A DNA stretch of 64,000 nucleotides from contig NW_026515634.1 of NCBI RefSeq assembly GCF_000738915.1, forward strand, positions 124,001 through 188,000, read 5' to 3'. Positions within the stretch are counted from its first letter, which is position 1. Each line of letters starts with the position of its first letter. Below, in pieces: positions 49,445 to 60,528 of the stretch. The notes under the pieces are model-generated. The model worked only from the letters and a program-made list of their open reading frames with translations, did not search any database and was not told where the DNA came from. Made by a program: the position numbers and the translations under genes. Origin of the DNA: Nematocida ausubeli (taxonomy: Eukaryota).

Positions 49445-49897
49445 ATGAGAAGCAAGGGATATAGATCTAAGACAAGAAGTGTGTTCAAGAAGGACTACGA
49501 TCAGTCAAAAAGACCACAGACAACCACCCTCCTAAACCAGTACAAGAGAGGTGACTACGTTGACATCAGCGTTGACTCAGGTGTACACAAGGGAATGCCC
49601 CACAGAACTTTTGTTGGAAAGACAGGAAGAGTATATGCTGTCTTCAAGACTTCCGTAGGAATTGCCTTGACAAAACAGTGCGGAAACAGCCTTGTTGTCA
49701 AAAAAGTAATTGCAAGAATTGAGCACGTTAGACCCAGCCAGTGCCAGAAAGAAAAGATTGCTAGAGACGAGTACAGAGCAAAGCATGGAGTTGCTCCACC
49801 AAAGCCACTGCCAGAAGGCGCAAGGCCAGCATTCACCATCTCCCTGGAATCCAACACTCCTGTGGTGCTAAAGTCAAACTCACACTTTGCCCGATAA
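49445..49897 (+). CDS. RPL21: 60S ribosomal protein L21 (eL21)
   Basis: SKGYRSKTR, YKRGDYVDI, VHKGMPH, GKTGRV, RIEHVRPS. Confidence 0.97.
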   Translation: MRSKGYRSKTRSVFKKDYDQSKRPQTTTLLNQYKRGDYVDISVDSGVHKGMPHRTFVGKTGRVYAVFKTSVGIALTKQCGNSLVVKKVIARIEHVRPSQCQKEKIARDEYRAKHGVAPPKPLPEGARPAFTISLESNTPVVLKSNSHFAR

Positions 49898-50100
49898 GTG
49901 GGTGACTGTCTTTATATGATAGCTAATATTTATCAATTTACAATAAAGGATAGCAGCCTACATCTGTCTTTCTGTTCTCTGGGTTTTTTCTTGCATAGTG
50001 TGCAAGCAGAGATGCAACGTATACAAAATATTCTATTATTTATTAGTTGTGTGCAGCTGCGCGGCCATGTATGGCGCATCGATGCCTTTGCATGAATGTG

Positions 50101-50706
50101 CTATTTACGGAATCTAAGGATGATAATAAGAGCGAAGGAGGCAAGCAACACGCTGCGCACAGACAGCGCACTCATCAGCTCCTCTGCACCCTCGCTAAAC
50201 AGACGAAGAATGATTTTTCCAAGCTCCTGCCGAATAGGATCCTGCGTCATGCACTTTTCCCACACTTGGCACTGCTTTTCCATTGCAGGAACACGCTCTT
50301 CTGGACTGCACCTATTTATTCTGTACTCTCGCGCACAGTCTGCTATCTGTGTTTTTTGATCAATTATTGATGCATTAATACGCACCTCTATGTCGTTCTT
50401 TAGCATTACTGCTCCTTTAATCAATAGAAGAACAACCAGGCCTACCACGAACGCATTAAATATAAGACTTAAATACGCCTGCAATACTAAATTGACCTTT
50501 AGAAGCCTCTCATGATGGGGCACGCCAGGCTGGCACTCTGCTGGTACATCTGCCTGCGGCCTTATGATGGGCCTTGCAGCAAAAACTTGGTCATCTGCCT
50601 TTCTTTTTTTCGGGTTAGAGAAGGTGAAAAACGTATATGGCTGGGTCTTGCTTATAGGCCTCCTCTGCTCCTTCCTTCCCCAGTTTATATCTATTGGAGC
50701 TGTCAT
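50101..50706 (-). CDS. Brr6/Brl1 nuclear envelope protein
   Basis: TM - C..EY..NRC....RVPAME.QC..WEKCM..DP - TM four-cysteine signature. Confidence 0.9.
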   Translation of the reverse strand: MTAPIDINWGRKEQRRPISKTQPYTFFTFSNPKKRKADDQVFAARPIIRPQADVPAECQPGVPHHERLLKVNLVLQAYLSLIFNAFVVGLVVLLLIKGAVMLKNDIEVRINASIIDQKTQIADCAREYRINRCSPEERVPAMEKQCQVWEKCMTQDPIRQELGKIILRLFSEGAEELMSALSVRSVLLASFALIIILRFRK

Positions 50707-51132
50707 TTAAAGAAAAAATTTATACCCGGTAATTAAATTTATTCCTTCTAAAGCGCACGCTGTTGCAATTTAATTATTCTACCAGAAACTAAATGGATAC
50801 TTTATGTATATAGTGCTTTCGTGGCTGCTCTATTGTAGCACCCTCTGATTTAAGTTTGTGCTTTTATAGGTATGAATGAGTCAACAGAGGAACATTTCAC
50901 TTCTAACCACCTTACAATTCACTTCTTTTTGCAGTATTCGCGCAGGCAAACTGTCTTGAGTTTGCTCTGCTGACCAGCCTGCACAAACCACTTTTAAATT
51001 TATGCATTACTGGGCTACTGGTTCAAAAATACTTACGTCTTTAGACAGAGCCATAAAAGGTCTCAACAGAGGTGCTGGATAGATAAAAGTAAATGAAACT
51101 GTTTTTATTGCTTTTTCTGCAGGATAAACCAC

Positions 51133-54100
51133 TTATGCATGCATCTTTGCAAATCTTTCTTGGAACTGTATAAGGGTGCCCAGCACAAATGGTGTGCAAA
51201 TTGAGGTTGGCTCGTACTCCTTGTAGTAGGCTGCCAGTTGCGTAAGAATATCCTCCACGTTCTTGAGTCTGCGCCATAGCTCAGTCTCCCCCACACCATT
51301 TTCCTTGATGATCTGCTTCACATTCTGGTCTGTAAAGTATCGCAGAATATAACTGTTCTTCTTGGTGTACAGATATGGAAGAAGTAAGAAGGAGTGGGCT
51401 ATTGGCGTGTAGTGCACTTTCTCTGGAATAAGATCCATCAAGACCGTCTGTTTCTTCTGCATAAACTCCTTGCTTGCCTCAACCGACTCCCGATAGTATG
51501 TTGCAAGCCGCTCAAATATGGCAGGGTTTATGTCTTTAAGACAAGGAAGCTTTGACATCTTTGGAAGGGGGTGGACCTCAAAGATAAAGGCAATTAGATG
51601 CACAATGTTCTTATATATTTCCTCCTTGTCAATTTCTTGTTTGCATATTGTTTCCAGGAACCCTTCATTTACGAGTGACATAAGCACAAAGGCCTCTGAC
51701 CCGTACGAAAGTGTGTTCAGCGCCATATCGCACAGCCCAGATGTGTGTGCAAGTTTCTTAACAAACCCAGACTTTTCTCCCGCCAGCTCATTGTTTTGGA
51801 GAACCTCTGGCGAAAGGAACATTTTGTCAACCAGATACTTCTTCTGCGCATTCAGTATCTTCTGCGTGAATTTTTCAGCGGCCATTCCATCCACTGCTTT
51901 TAGGGACTCCTCGGGATAGGAGAGCGACATAAGAGGATACAAGAGAATGCTCTCCACTGTTGAGCTCTTCACCGTTGGTCGGGCAGACTGCACTGCAAGA
52001 AGACTTGTGTATGGATATGTTCCCTTAATGCGCGGCAGATACGATGTGATAAGACTCCGCACCTTCTGCTTTGGCACACCAAAGAACACTACATTGCCTT
52101 GCGTGTCATATCCTCTTCGCCCAGCTCTTCCTGCCATCTGCTTAAAGCTCATTGAGTCCAGATGCAGGGAGTCTCCTGCAAACACTGCAGTTCTGCACGG
52201 CATGTTTATACCAAGCGCAAGTGTGTCTGTTGCAAACACCACCCGCAGCTGCTTCATTCGGAAGAGAATTTCGACCATGTTTCTGTACTTCTTTGGTATT
52301 CCGCTGTGGTGCACTCCAATTCCTCGATACAGCGCCTGTATCAGACGTGGATCAATTCGCCCTGTCTTTCGGAGTGACTTTGCATACTCATCCAGAAGGT
52401 ATGCACCAGAGGAAGCTATTGTAGGGTCTGTGAAGCAGAACCGAGGGTCCTTGGCGTTCAGATCAATTGTTCTTCCTGCTATTTCCTCTGCTGCCATGGA
52501 CTCTCCGATCCATGCATCCTTTCCTGATGCAACAGTTGCATCTCTTGCCCTTCTCATCTCCTTAAGAACCTTTTCGTTCTCTCTGAGGTCTGCCTTGGTC
52601 ATTGCTGGAGGAGCACACTTTTCAAAGTTCTCCAGCTCTTCAGAAAGCCGGATTGCCAGCGCATTACACACAGTTCTCTCAAGGTTGAACACAATGCACG
52701 GCAGCTTGTTTGCAGCCTCCAGCTCAACGGTCAAATCGAGAATGTTGTCCAACAGATAGTCTATGTTGTACAGCAGGATGTCTGGAGACACCTCTGTCGG
52801 GTTCAGCTCCATCTCAGATATCTCTTTTGCTAGGCTCTCCTCATCCTGTGCCTGGTCTTCCTTTGCACTGTACACTGGCTGCTTGGCCTTGTTCTGAAGC
52901 AAAAGGGTGCCTGGCACTGGCGTGTTTGCAATGTATGCATTCAGCTGCTTTTTAAGACCGTCCTCTATCTTCTGGAACCCCTCCTTTGCGTCTCGGATGA
53001 GAATCTCGTATATCTTTGTGACCTGCTCTGGCTCCAGTGTATTTGTCTTTATCATGTCCCTGAATGTGTTAATCACATGTTTCTCGTACTTCTTCACATC
53101 TCCTTTTGTTATGCAGTTTGTTTTGAAGAACCTCTTTGGCCGGAACTCCTTCACAAGCGACTTCTGGTCTTTCCTGAGCACTGCAAAAATCGCATAGTAT
53201 AGATTCAGCAGCTCCTCTGGCAGGAAGTTCACATCGTCACTGAACCCCTCATCCTTGATTCCTCGGAACGAGTATGCGAACAGCGAGTGGATTGGAGCAA
53301 TTGACTGCTCTCCTGCCGCACGCGTTGTCTTATGGCAGGTTTCAAGAGTAGTGAGCTTCTTGGGAACAAAGATGTAGTTCTTTATCTCGCAGTACCTCTC
53401 TTTGTGCTCAATCTTGTGGCATGTTCGGCCCTTTTTGCTCTCCACCTTCTGCACCCACTTATAGAACTCGTCTAGATTTCCAAGCGTTGCACTCAGGAGA
53501 AGAAGAGCGCACGGACTGAAGTGTATGATCTTCTCCATGCTTGGCCCCATTTTGTTGTCGCTGATCTTGTGCACCTCGTCAATCACAATGTACTTCACTC
53601 TGTCCAGATATGGATGCGCCTTTTTGCTTTGCTCTGGCGGCATGCTAAGGATTTTTTCCAGGACATCTGGCACCGTGATGAGAATCTGGCAGTTGAAGGG
53701 CGATATCTGGAAGTCGCTCATACATATACCCTGCAGAATGTTGTTCTGCTTGATGTATGGCTTTGATCCAAATCTCGCGTACACATCTGCTGCCACCTGG
53801 TTCACAAGAGCCTTAGTTGGCGCCACAAAGATCACAATGTCCTCGTTGCTTTCCCTAAGGATCTTTTCCATTGCGTAGTAGCAGATAAAGGTCTTACCTG
53901 ATGAGGTGGGCGCACAAATCACTGCACTGCTGTTGCTATCCACTATCTCCAGAAGGTCCCACTGCCACTTGTCGGGCTCAAACAGAAGACGGGGGTCCGG
54001 CATGGATCCAAGTGACCTCTTCAGCTTGTCTCCTGCTGCACGCATAAGGAACGAGATGTCATAGTCATTTGGCTCCATTGTGGTTGCTGGATCAAAGAGC

Positions 54101-55674
54101 ACGCTCACTGGCTCGCTTCCATTATATATCTTTGTGCACGCGCTGTCTCTCTTGTTTACATAGCTGATCTGGTACTTCTCGCACATCTCCAGAACAGTGG
54201 CTCCGAACCCCTGGTCCAGCATGGCCTGCATCACATACTGCAGCTCCTCTATTGACGCCTCTTTGCTGTACTTCTCAATAAAAGTCATGCAGTCCATGTA
54301 CAGAGAGACAAGATCCTTCTCACTTGGCCTCTTCTTTCTCTTCTCAAGACTCCACAGCTCGCTGTAGAACTCAATTCTCAAAAGATACACCTTTCTGCAA
54401 ATAAAAGACGAGTGGGCCCGCGCGAGGAACGACTCCAAGTGTCTTCTCTTCTCGTACGTGGCTGAAAACGACTCGTACTTGGACAGGAAGCTGCGCAGGA
54501 ACGCAATGTCCTTCTTCTTTCCCTCAAGCTCCATCTGCTTTTTGTTTTTCTCTATGATCTCCAGCTGCTTCTTTCCTATCTTTTCTTTCACCTCCTTCTT
54601 CTTTTTTGCTTTCTCTGTTACTAGCGTGATTGGGTTGTGCAAGTGCTTTCCCTCGTGCAGTGACTGTGCATTCTTTTTCAGGCTTTCAATGTACATCTGC
54701 TCCGTTCGGAAGCTTCTCTCCTGCTCCTCGTTGTAAAACCGCACAGACGCCATTGTTGTTGGAATAAAGTCATTTTTCTTAATTTCTTGCTCCTGCTCCT
54801 CGCTGATTGTGTCTTCTGCTGCAAGCTTCTGTTTCTCTTCCGCCTGGTCTTCTGCAAGCAAGCATCCATCTATTACATCCTTAACGCTGCAAATAGCTGC
54901 ATCCTGAAGTGCCTCACTAACTGCACGCACCATCTCTTTACTCACAGGAGCACTGTTCTTCGCATATCGCGATATAATGTCTTTCTTCTGCAGACTCTCC
55001 TGAAGCCTCTCATACTCCTTGTCTCCCAGATGCGCTCGCACGGCATCCTTTACTCTATTAACAGCCTCCTCTGCGCATCCCACAGCTACCTTCTGTGGCG
55101 CATACTCTTTCGATACATAGCCCTCTGCCCACAGATACATGGAAGGGCTGATCACAAACATAAGCAGCCGGGGCGGTCTGAATGTCTCCTTGTTCAGCAC
55201 TGCTGCATATAAAGAGAACCCCAGAATGGTATTTAGAAAGACCAGTGACTCTCTGTCATCATATCCTACTCCCAAGCAGATGTGCTCCTCCTTTATGAAG
55301 CTTTTAAACTCCTTGTCCTGCAGAGAGTGGAACCAGATGATTTTGAGAGACTTGCTTTTCTCCAAGCACGCTGCTACCTCCTGCATGCATATCCTTCTCT
55401 CTGGCGCAATCTCCTCCTTCTGGAATAGCACTAGATATGAGTCTTTGAAACCAGAGGCCTGCAGGCTGTGTCCCACTGTCTCGGCAATTACGCTCAATAG
55501 ATTCAGTGGCAATGTGTCGCTCTGAATGTTATATATCTCTTCAATGTATTTGTACAGCGAATGTGCATTTATGATCATCTTTCCAATACCCACAAATGAC
55601 TCACTGACATCAACCATTTGAGATGGCATACTTCTATACCAATCTGTGTATATTTCTTTCATTTCTTTTGTCAT
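51133..55674 (-). CDS. DDX60-like Ski2-family DExD/H RNA helicase
   Basis: FEPDKWQWDLL, APTSSGKTFICYYAMEK, APTKALVNQ, IDEVH, LSATLGN, RGIGVHHSG, TLALGINMPC, QMAGRAGRRG; ATG 55674 preceded by CCC. Confidence 0.88.
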   Translation of the reverse strand: MTKEMKEIYTDWYRSMPSQMVDVSESFVGIGKMIINAHSLYKYIEEIYNIQSDTLPLNLLSVIAETVGHSLQASGFKDSYLVLFQKEEIAPERRICMQEVAACLEKSKSLKIIWFHSLQDKEFKSFIKEEHICLGVGYDDRESLVFLNTILGFSLYAAVLNKETFRPPRLLMFVISPSMYLWAEGYVSKEYAPQKVAVGCAEEAVNRVKDAVRAHLGDKEYERLQESLQKKDIISRYAKNSAPVSKEMVRAVSEALQDAAICSVKDVIDGCLLAEDQAEEKQKLAAEDTISEEQEQEIKKNDFIPTTMASVRFYNEEQERSFRTEQMYIESLKKNAQSLHEGKHLHNPITLVTEKAKKKKEVKEKIGKKQLEIIEKNKKQMELEGKKKDIAFLRSFLSKYESFSATYEKRRHLESFLARAHSSFICRKVYLLRIEFYSELWSLEKRKKRPSEKDLVSLYMDCMTFIEKYSKEASIEELQYVMQAMLDQGFGATVLEMCEKYQISYVNKRDSACTKIYNGSEPVSVLFDPATTMEPNDYDISFLMRAAGDKLKRSLGSMPDPRLLFEPDKWQWDLLEIVDSNSSAVICAPTSSGKTFICYYAMEKILRESNEDIVIFVAPTKALVNQVAADVYARFGSKPYIKQNNILQGICMSDFQISPFNCQILITVPDVLEKILSMPPEQSKKAHPYLDRVKYIVIDEVHKISDNKMGPSMEKIIHFSPCALLLLSATLGNLDEFYKWVQKVESKKGRTCHKIEHKERYCEIKNYIFVPKKLTTLETCHKTTRAAGEQSIAPIHSLFAYSFRGIKDEGFSDDVNFLPEELLNLYYAIFAVLRKDQKSLVKEFRPKRFFKTNCITKGDVKKYEKHVINTFRDMIKTNTLEPEQVTKIYEILIRDAKEGFQKIEDGLKKQLNAYIANTPVPGTLLLQNKAKQPVYSAKEDQAQDEESLAKEISEMELNPTEVSPDILLYNIDYLLDNILDLTVELEAANKLPCIVFNLERTVCNALAIRLSEELENFEKCAPPAMTKADLRENEKVLKEMRRARDATVASGKDAWIGESMAAEEIAGRTIDLNAKDPRFCFTDPTIASSGAYLLDEYAKSLRKTGRIDPRLIQALYRGIGVHHSGIPKKYRNMVEILFRMKQLRVVFATDTLALGINMPCRTAVFAGDSLHLDSMSFKQMAGRAGRRGYDTQGNVVFFGVPKQKVRSLITSYLPRIKGTYPYTSLLAVQSARPTVKSSTVESILLYPLMSLSYPEESLKAVDGMAAEKFTQKILNAQKKYLVDKMFLSPEVLQNNELAGEKSGFVKKLAHTSGLCDMALNTLSYGSEAFVLMSLVNEGFLETICKQEIDKEEIYKNIVHLIAFIFEVHPLPKMSKLPCLKDINPAIFERLATYYRESVEASKEFMQKKQTVLMDLIPEKVHYTPIAHSFLLLPYLYTKKNSYILRYFTDQNVKQIIKENGVGETELWRRLKNVEDILTQLAAYYKEYEPTSICTPFVLGTLIQFQERFAKMHA

Positions 55675-57807
55675 GGGTAAAATTATTCTAAATACTTTAT
55701 GATTTACTTTAATATTTCTGCACACTGCCAATATGCAGCTCTTATTGCAGTCCTAATCTAAAGCTGTTTGACTAGCCATATGGAAATACATGGTGCATCC
55801 CCAGAGTGTGGTATGCAATCATATAATGCCACTATATATTCTTTGTCTATTTCTTCACTGAGTAACAATTTGTCTGTGGATGTGTGCGGAACACTTCTCT
55901 ATTTGATAGAGCCTGATAAACACACATGTTCTATTGAGGACATTTCTTATATATTGATTGGTTTGTGAGTATTCTAAAGACATGTCTGGATATACACTGG
56001 GCTCTTGGTAACAGATGTTTTTCTGCTTCTTTGAGTAGCCATATATGGCTTTGAAGTGTTTCTTCTATGTTTTATTGCATGTATAAGATTTTCTTGCTTT
56101 ACTAGTATTCGAATAGTGTCTGAGCTCTAGCTAGCCACTGCTTTAATTTATTCAAATATTTTTGCTGCACCTCTACACTTAGTGCATCTATTTTAGTTTT
56201 AGAAATAAAGACACTGGGTTTTTGCAATACAAGCACACATATCAAGTGTTTCCATTATATAAAATAGAAGGAAAGCTATGTAGTTATAGATATGGCGTGG
56301 ATAGCAGGCCTGAAATTATTTGATTTGTACACAGTCTACTACAATCCTTCATAAAAGTGCTACAATGACTATTTAAATCCATTTTTATAGATAATACTTG
56401 TTTTTTATTATACTAATATAAACTCTTTCATTTTGTGTGTCTTATATTAAAGTGCGCCTAAAATACATATTACTCTCTAACTATTAGGAAATAAAATAGA
56501 AAATGAAACGAATTGCTCTTATAATAACACCCACTTGTTAACTTTAATCTATCTCTATTGTCTCAGTGTCTTTTCCCATTCACTGCCAGATACAGATCTA
56601 TATATCAACATATGTGCTTTTTCTCTGAATAACTGCACTGATATACGCATCTGTACAAAAATGTATCTCCATAACCCTGAAATCTGTAAAATAATTCTTC
56701 TCTAAAGAACTTTTATAGCCAAATATTCCACACTGCAAATAAATATCTGCAGCTACTATTTCTTCTATTACTTGGTTCTATATACCAATGCGATACCTAT
56801 TGTCTTTATTTGTACGTAACTAGGCATATACCTTCTTTCTCTATGCCCACATAGTCCTCTTCTTGTTTATGCACTTATAAGCACTTCTTCTCTGTGCATC
56901 TGTCCTTTTCTCATGCTATACACCATTTGGTGTTCGTATGCTATATACCTCTCTTTCATTGATATTATTGCTAAATGGCATCATATCCGGCCTTTCCTTA
57001 TGGGGCCCTTTAAAATCTGCATGTTAGATGATTTATTCTGCCTCTCGCTTAAAAAAAGAAATAAAGCCGTATAGTTCCCCTCCATACTTGTAAGCTTTTA
57101 TTTTATTTAAAATTTACTCTTAGACAGGATCAATTCGGCATAAACTTTTATTAAAAAACTTATTGTTAAAGAAGGTAATAGAAGACAAACAGGAGCTAAG
57201 ATCATAAGAACCAGCAAAGATAGTCTTACAATAAAGTATTAAAGGACTTATTTTCTATTGTGGGCTGATACAGTTTGTTAGACAGAATAAGAAAATATAA
57301 AGCTATTATATGCTTTATTTTAATTAAGTGGATCTGCTATACCTTAGAACCTCTATAAAGTACATTGTATATTGCATATGGAAAGCTTTAGTAAAGAGCT
57401 GCATTTTTATTTTCTGTTAAACAAGTATACTTTTTTGCGAGTATATGCATTTAAATAATTGCATTTTATCTGCAATAGAGACTTATAGAAACGATCAATA
57501 TTACTGGAAATGTGCTAATACTGATACATAAATATACAAGAGTTCAGAAATAGCAAGGTACATATCTACAGAAAAATTGTTCTCTGCAAAAGAGACTGCC
57601 CAGTAAATAGCCTAAAGAAACGTATAAGAAAATTAATTAATATTTTTTAGACACATTCTATATGCTGTGTGCATATGTAGGATCTCTGCTAGAGGGCAGT
57701 ATGAAGGCATGGGCTTGCAGATGAGTTTGTAGATGTAATTGGTAGACAATATGCCCATAAAGAAAAGGATTTATAATTAATGTAGAACATTCTTTTTTTA
57801 TTTACAG

Positions 57808-58569
57808 ATGCCACAGAGAACAACACTTTATGTTATTTACATGCCATACACACTCAAGGAGTACAACGTAGGACAGCTTCTCACCACATGCAGAGTGAGC
57901 GAGAGAGAGGCAAATAATGGAATGCGGGTGACTGTGCTGGAGAACAAGGCGGTGGAAAGTGAAGAGACAGCAGGCCCATGCCAATACACATCAAAGGTAA
58001 TTGATTTTTCTAAGAAAGTGCAGTCGTTTCTCAGAAAAATAGCACCAAGTGGCTCGCTCACAATGAGCGAGAAGTCGCACAACGCATTCCCAGTATGCAA
58101 AACAGTGTACACAAGCGGAGCCCTTTCTGAAAAAAAGTTTAAAGCAAGAATTGACACACTGTTTTTGGAGGGGCATAAGGCACCCATTGACCCATTTTCA
58201 GACGGCATTATTTCAGAGAACTGCGAGGTGCTGGATCTGGTCTATGGCCAGCAGATGTGCGAAGGCATAGACTTGGCAACTGTGAAGGGTGATGATGGAA
58301 ACCTTTTGTTTAAAGAAGGGTGGGAGAAAGAACACACGCCAGTGATGACAATTTTTAAGCGAGTGCATATTGACCTACACATTCCATTTATAGGATGGAA
58401 GTACATCGAGGATGTGGACAAGTTCATGAGAAAAATGTTTATACAGGGACATCAGGAGGTAATTAAGTATCACAGCGAATGGAAGGACATGGACATGGAT
58501 GGAGTTCGTGAAGAGGAGGCGAAAACAAAAGCAGCGCTTGAAGCAAAGTACCCGCCTAAGGGAAAGTAG
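57808..58569 (+). CDS. Phosphatidylinositol transfer protein (PITP, IP_trans family)
   Basis: YMPYTLKEYNVGQL, QYTSKV, EKSHNAFP, GHQEV...W.DMDMDGVREEE. Confidence 0.88.
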   Translation: MPQRTTLYVIYMPYTLKEYNVGQLLTTCRVSEREANNGMRVTVLENKAVESEETAGPCQYTSKVIDFSKKVQSFLRKIAPSGSLTMSEKSHNAFPVCKTVYTSGALSEKKFKARIDTLFLEGHKAPIDPFSDGIISENCEVLDLVYGQQMCEGIDLATVKGDDGNLLFKEGWEKEHTPVMTIFKRVHIDLHIPFIGWKYIEDVDKFMRKMFIQGHQEVIKYHSEWKDMDMDGVREEEAKTKAALEAKYPPKGK

Positions 58570-58930
58570 TTAGATATCCTTTAAAAAAGAATTGCCGTTT
58601 ATCTCAATAAATTCATTAGTCTGGTTAATATAAAGTGTTCCGCTGTCTCCTATTGTTATTTGTTCTATTGTAAATATCTTTTTAAGAATATAAAGAAATT
58701 CCTCTGTCTTCATGCAGAAAGGGATTTCTCCATTTAAATAGTGGTGTAAAGTTTATTCTATGCACAGAAAGACAGAAGCTAATTTATATGCTGTGCCAAA
58801 AGTTAGCTAATTGTGCGCAGGAGGGCATACTTAGAAAGAATGTACTTATGCTAGGCAGTGCGGCCTGGCCATATTGGCAGTATGTGGAGGACATAGTATG
58901 GGGTTTGCAGAAGATGCACTAAATACAGAG

Positions 58931-59662
58931 TTACTCCATATTATATGGGGATGTTCGGATGTTGTAGAAAGTATTCGCAGAGCGCCTGTGCAGCTTCCAT
59001 ATTTCTGAGACAAGAGCAAACATCTGATTTCGATCCTTTAAGGCAAGCGATATCTTGTCCAGCACACGGGCAAGCGAGCCCACGTCCTCAGTAAATGCAG
59101 GGATGTTCTCGTGCAGATACAGAAGAACTTTAAATGGAGAGTCCTCTATAGCTGTAATAACCTCCATAGGAACTTCGCTTGTTTTGTGGTAGAGTATCTT
59201 GCCAATCATATGAAAAAAAGAAATGCTGCCGCACTCTGTCTCTAGTAAGGTGCTTTGTATCCCAGCAGGCGCCCTCTGTGCCTGCAGAATGCGGTGCATG
59301 GATGTTTTGTGCATTGCAGACGGGCAGTATTTCCGAACTGTCCGGAGTGTTGGCGAGGCCATTTTTATGTGCTCACATGCTTTTATCTTTCGGTAGAAGT
59401 ATGGATTTTCGGTTTCAAAAATAATTCCTCTGTAGTCGCGCTGTTTGATGCGCATTCCATCGCCAACCCGCAGAAGATAGATGATGGCTTTGCTAATTCG
59501 GTACGTTTTGTATTCCTCAATGCTGTCAATCTCGGTCAGCTTGTATTCCGTGTCTTGGAGGACTTTTCGAATTAGCTCTGTCTTTCCACAGCCTGCAGGC
59601 CCGGAGACGACAATGGAGGACGTTTCCAACTGCTTCACAGCAAGTGCCAGCTTTTTATCCAT
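58931..59662 (-). CDS. Rad17/Rad24-like checkpoint clamp-loader subunit (reduced)
   Basis: Walker A GPAGCGKT; SISFFHMIGKILYHK; YLHEN; start could alternatively be 59719. Confidence 0.75.
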   Translation of the reverse strand: MDKKLALAVKQLETSSIVVSGPAGCGKTELIRKVLQDTEYKLTEIDSIEEYKTYRISKAIIYLLRVGDGMRIKQRDYRGIIFETENPYFYRKIKACEHIKMASPTLRTVRKYCPSAMHKTSMHRILQAQRAPAGIQSTLLETECGSISFFHMIGKILYHKTSEVPMEVITAIEDSPFKVLLYLHENIPAFTEDVGSLARVLDKISLALKDRNQMFALVSEIWKLHRRSANTFYNIRTSPYNME

Positions 59663-59748
59663 ATGATAATTATTTATAAAATTAAATTTCTTAACAAAGA
59701 GATAAGGTTTACTAATCATAAATAAATAGCAAAATCTAGATATATTCC

Positions 59749-60528
59749 ATGGACAAACTCATTCAGGGAGAAATTTCAACACTTAAAATTAGAAAGACAG
59801 AGCCCAGGTCGGAAACAATCTTCGGGACAATAAGGAGCGAGGACGAGTGCATGAAGATAATAGACATGTCACGCCTTGGCGCTTTACCTATGATAAAGTC
59901 CCGGCTTTCTGATGCAGAGAGAAATTCAATTAGGCCTGGCAGCATATATGTGTATGAGGAGGGGGAAAGCGGGATATCCCGGTGGACAGATGGCAAAATA
60001 TGGTCTACCTCGAAGATAAGTGGGAGGTGTCTTCTCTACTACGAGCTTATAGAGACATCATACGACTCACGCCTGGAAAGCCTCAGCTCTACACAGTGCC
60101 TAGAGAACATACTCAAGCTTGGGAAAGAAATAATAAGCCTTTCCAAGGACGAGAAGAGAATACCAAAAAAACACGGTCTTATAAAAATGACCACATCTCT
60201 AGTGTACCAGAAAAAAACATACCACATGCTTGCGTACTTTACTGAGAGCTTTGCTAAACACCATACGAGGTCTTCAATATGGGATAGAGTGGCGGCATGG
60301 GAAATACCAAGAAACCTTGTGCTGCGCATGAACTACCGAAGAAAGAGAAAGCATATCGATCTGCAGCCTGCGGAAAGCATCAGGCCAATCAAGTTAAGAG
60401 CAAGAAACGAAAATAGATCAAACTCTCTTCCAGCATACAGTACAGTAAGTAACGATGATGTGATAGAGGTATCAAGCGAGTTTCTAGAGAGTTGTTATTT
60501 AAAAAGAAATGATTTTTTTTCGTTCTAA
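59749..60528 (+). CDS. Gti1/Pac2 (WOPR) family transcription factor
   Basis: RLSDAERNSIRPGSIYVYEEGESGISRWTDGKIWSTSK; GLIKMTTS..YHMLAYF. Confidence 0.92.
   Translation: MDKLIQGEISTLKIRKTEPRSETIFGTIRSEDECMKIIDMSRLGALPMIKSRLSDAERNSIRPGSIYVYEEGESGISRWTDGKIWSTSKISGRCLLYYELIETSYDSRLESLSSTQCLENILKLGKEIISLSKDEKRIPKKHGLIKMTTSLVYQKKTYHMLAYFTESFAKHHTRSSIWDRVAAWEIPRNLVLRMNYRRKRKHIDLQPAESIRPIKLRARNENRSNSLPAYSTVSNDDVIEVSSEFLESCYLKRNDFFSF

Noticed and set aside
50942..50970. Strong isolated hairpin GCAGGCAAACT/AGTTTGCTCTGC
   Set aside because: Single hairpin without boxes or context; insufficient to call an RNA gene
12598..59662. Apparent clustering of DNA-repair genes (BRCA2, EME1-like, RADX-like, ESC2-like, RAD17-like)
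   Set aside because: Spread over 47 kb among unrelated genes; plausible by chance in a genome reduced to core functions
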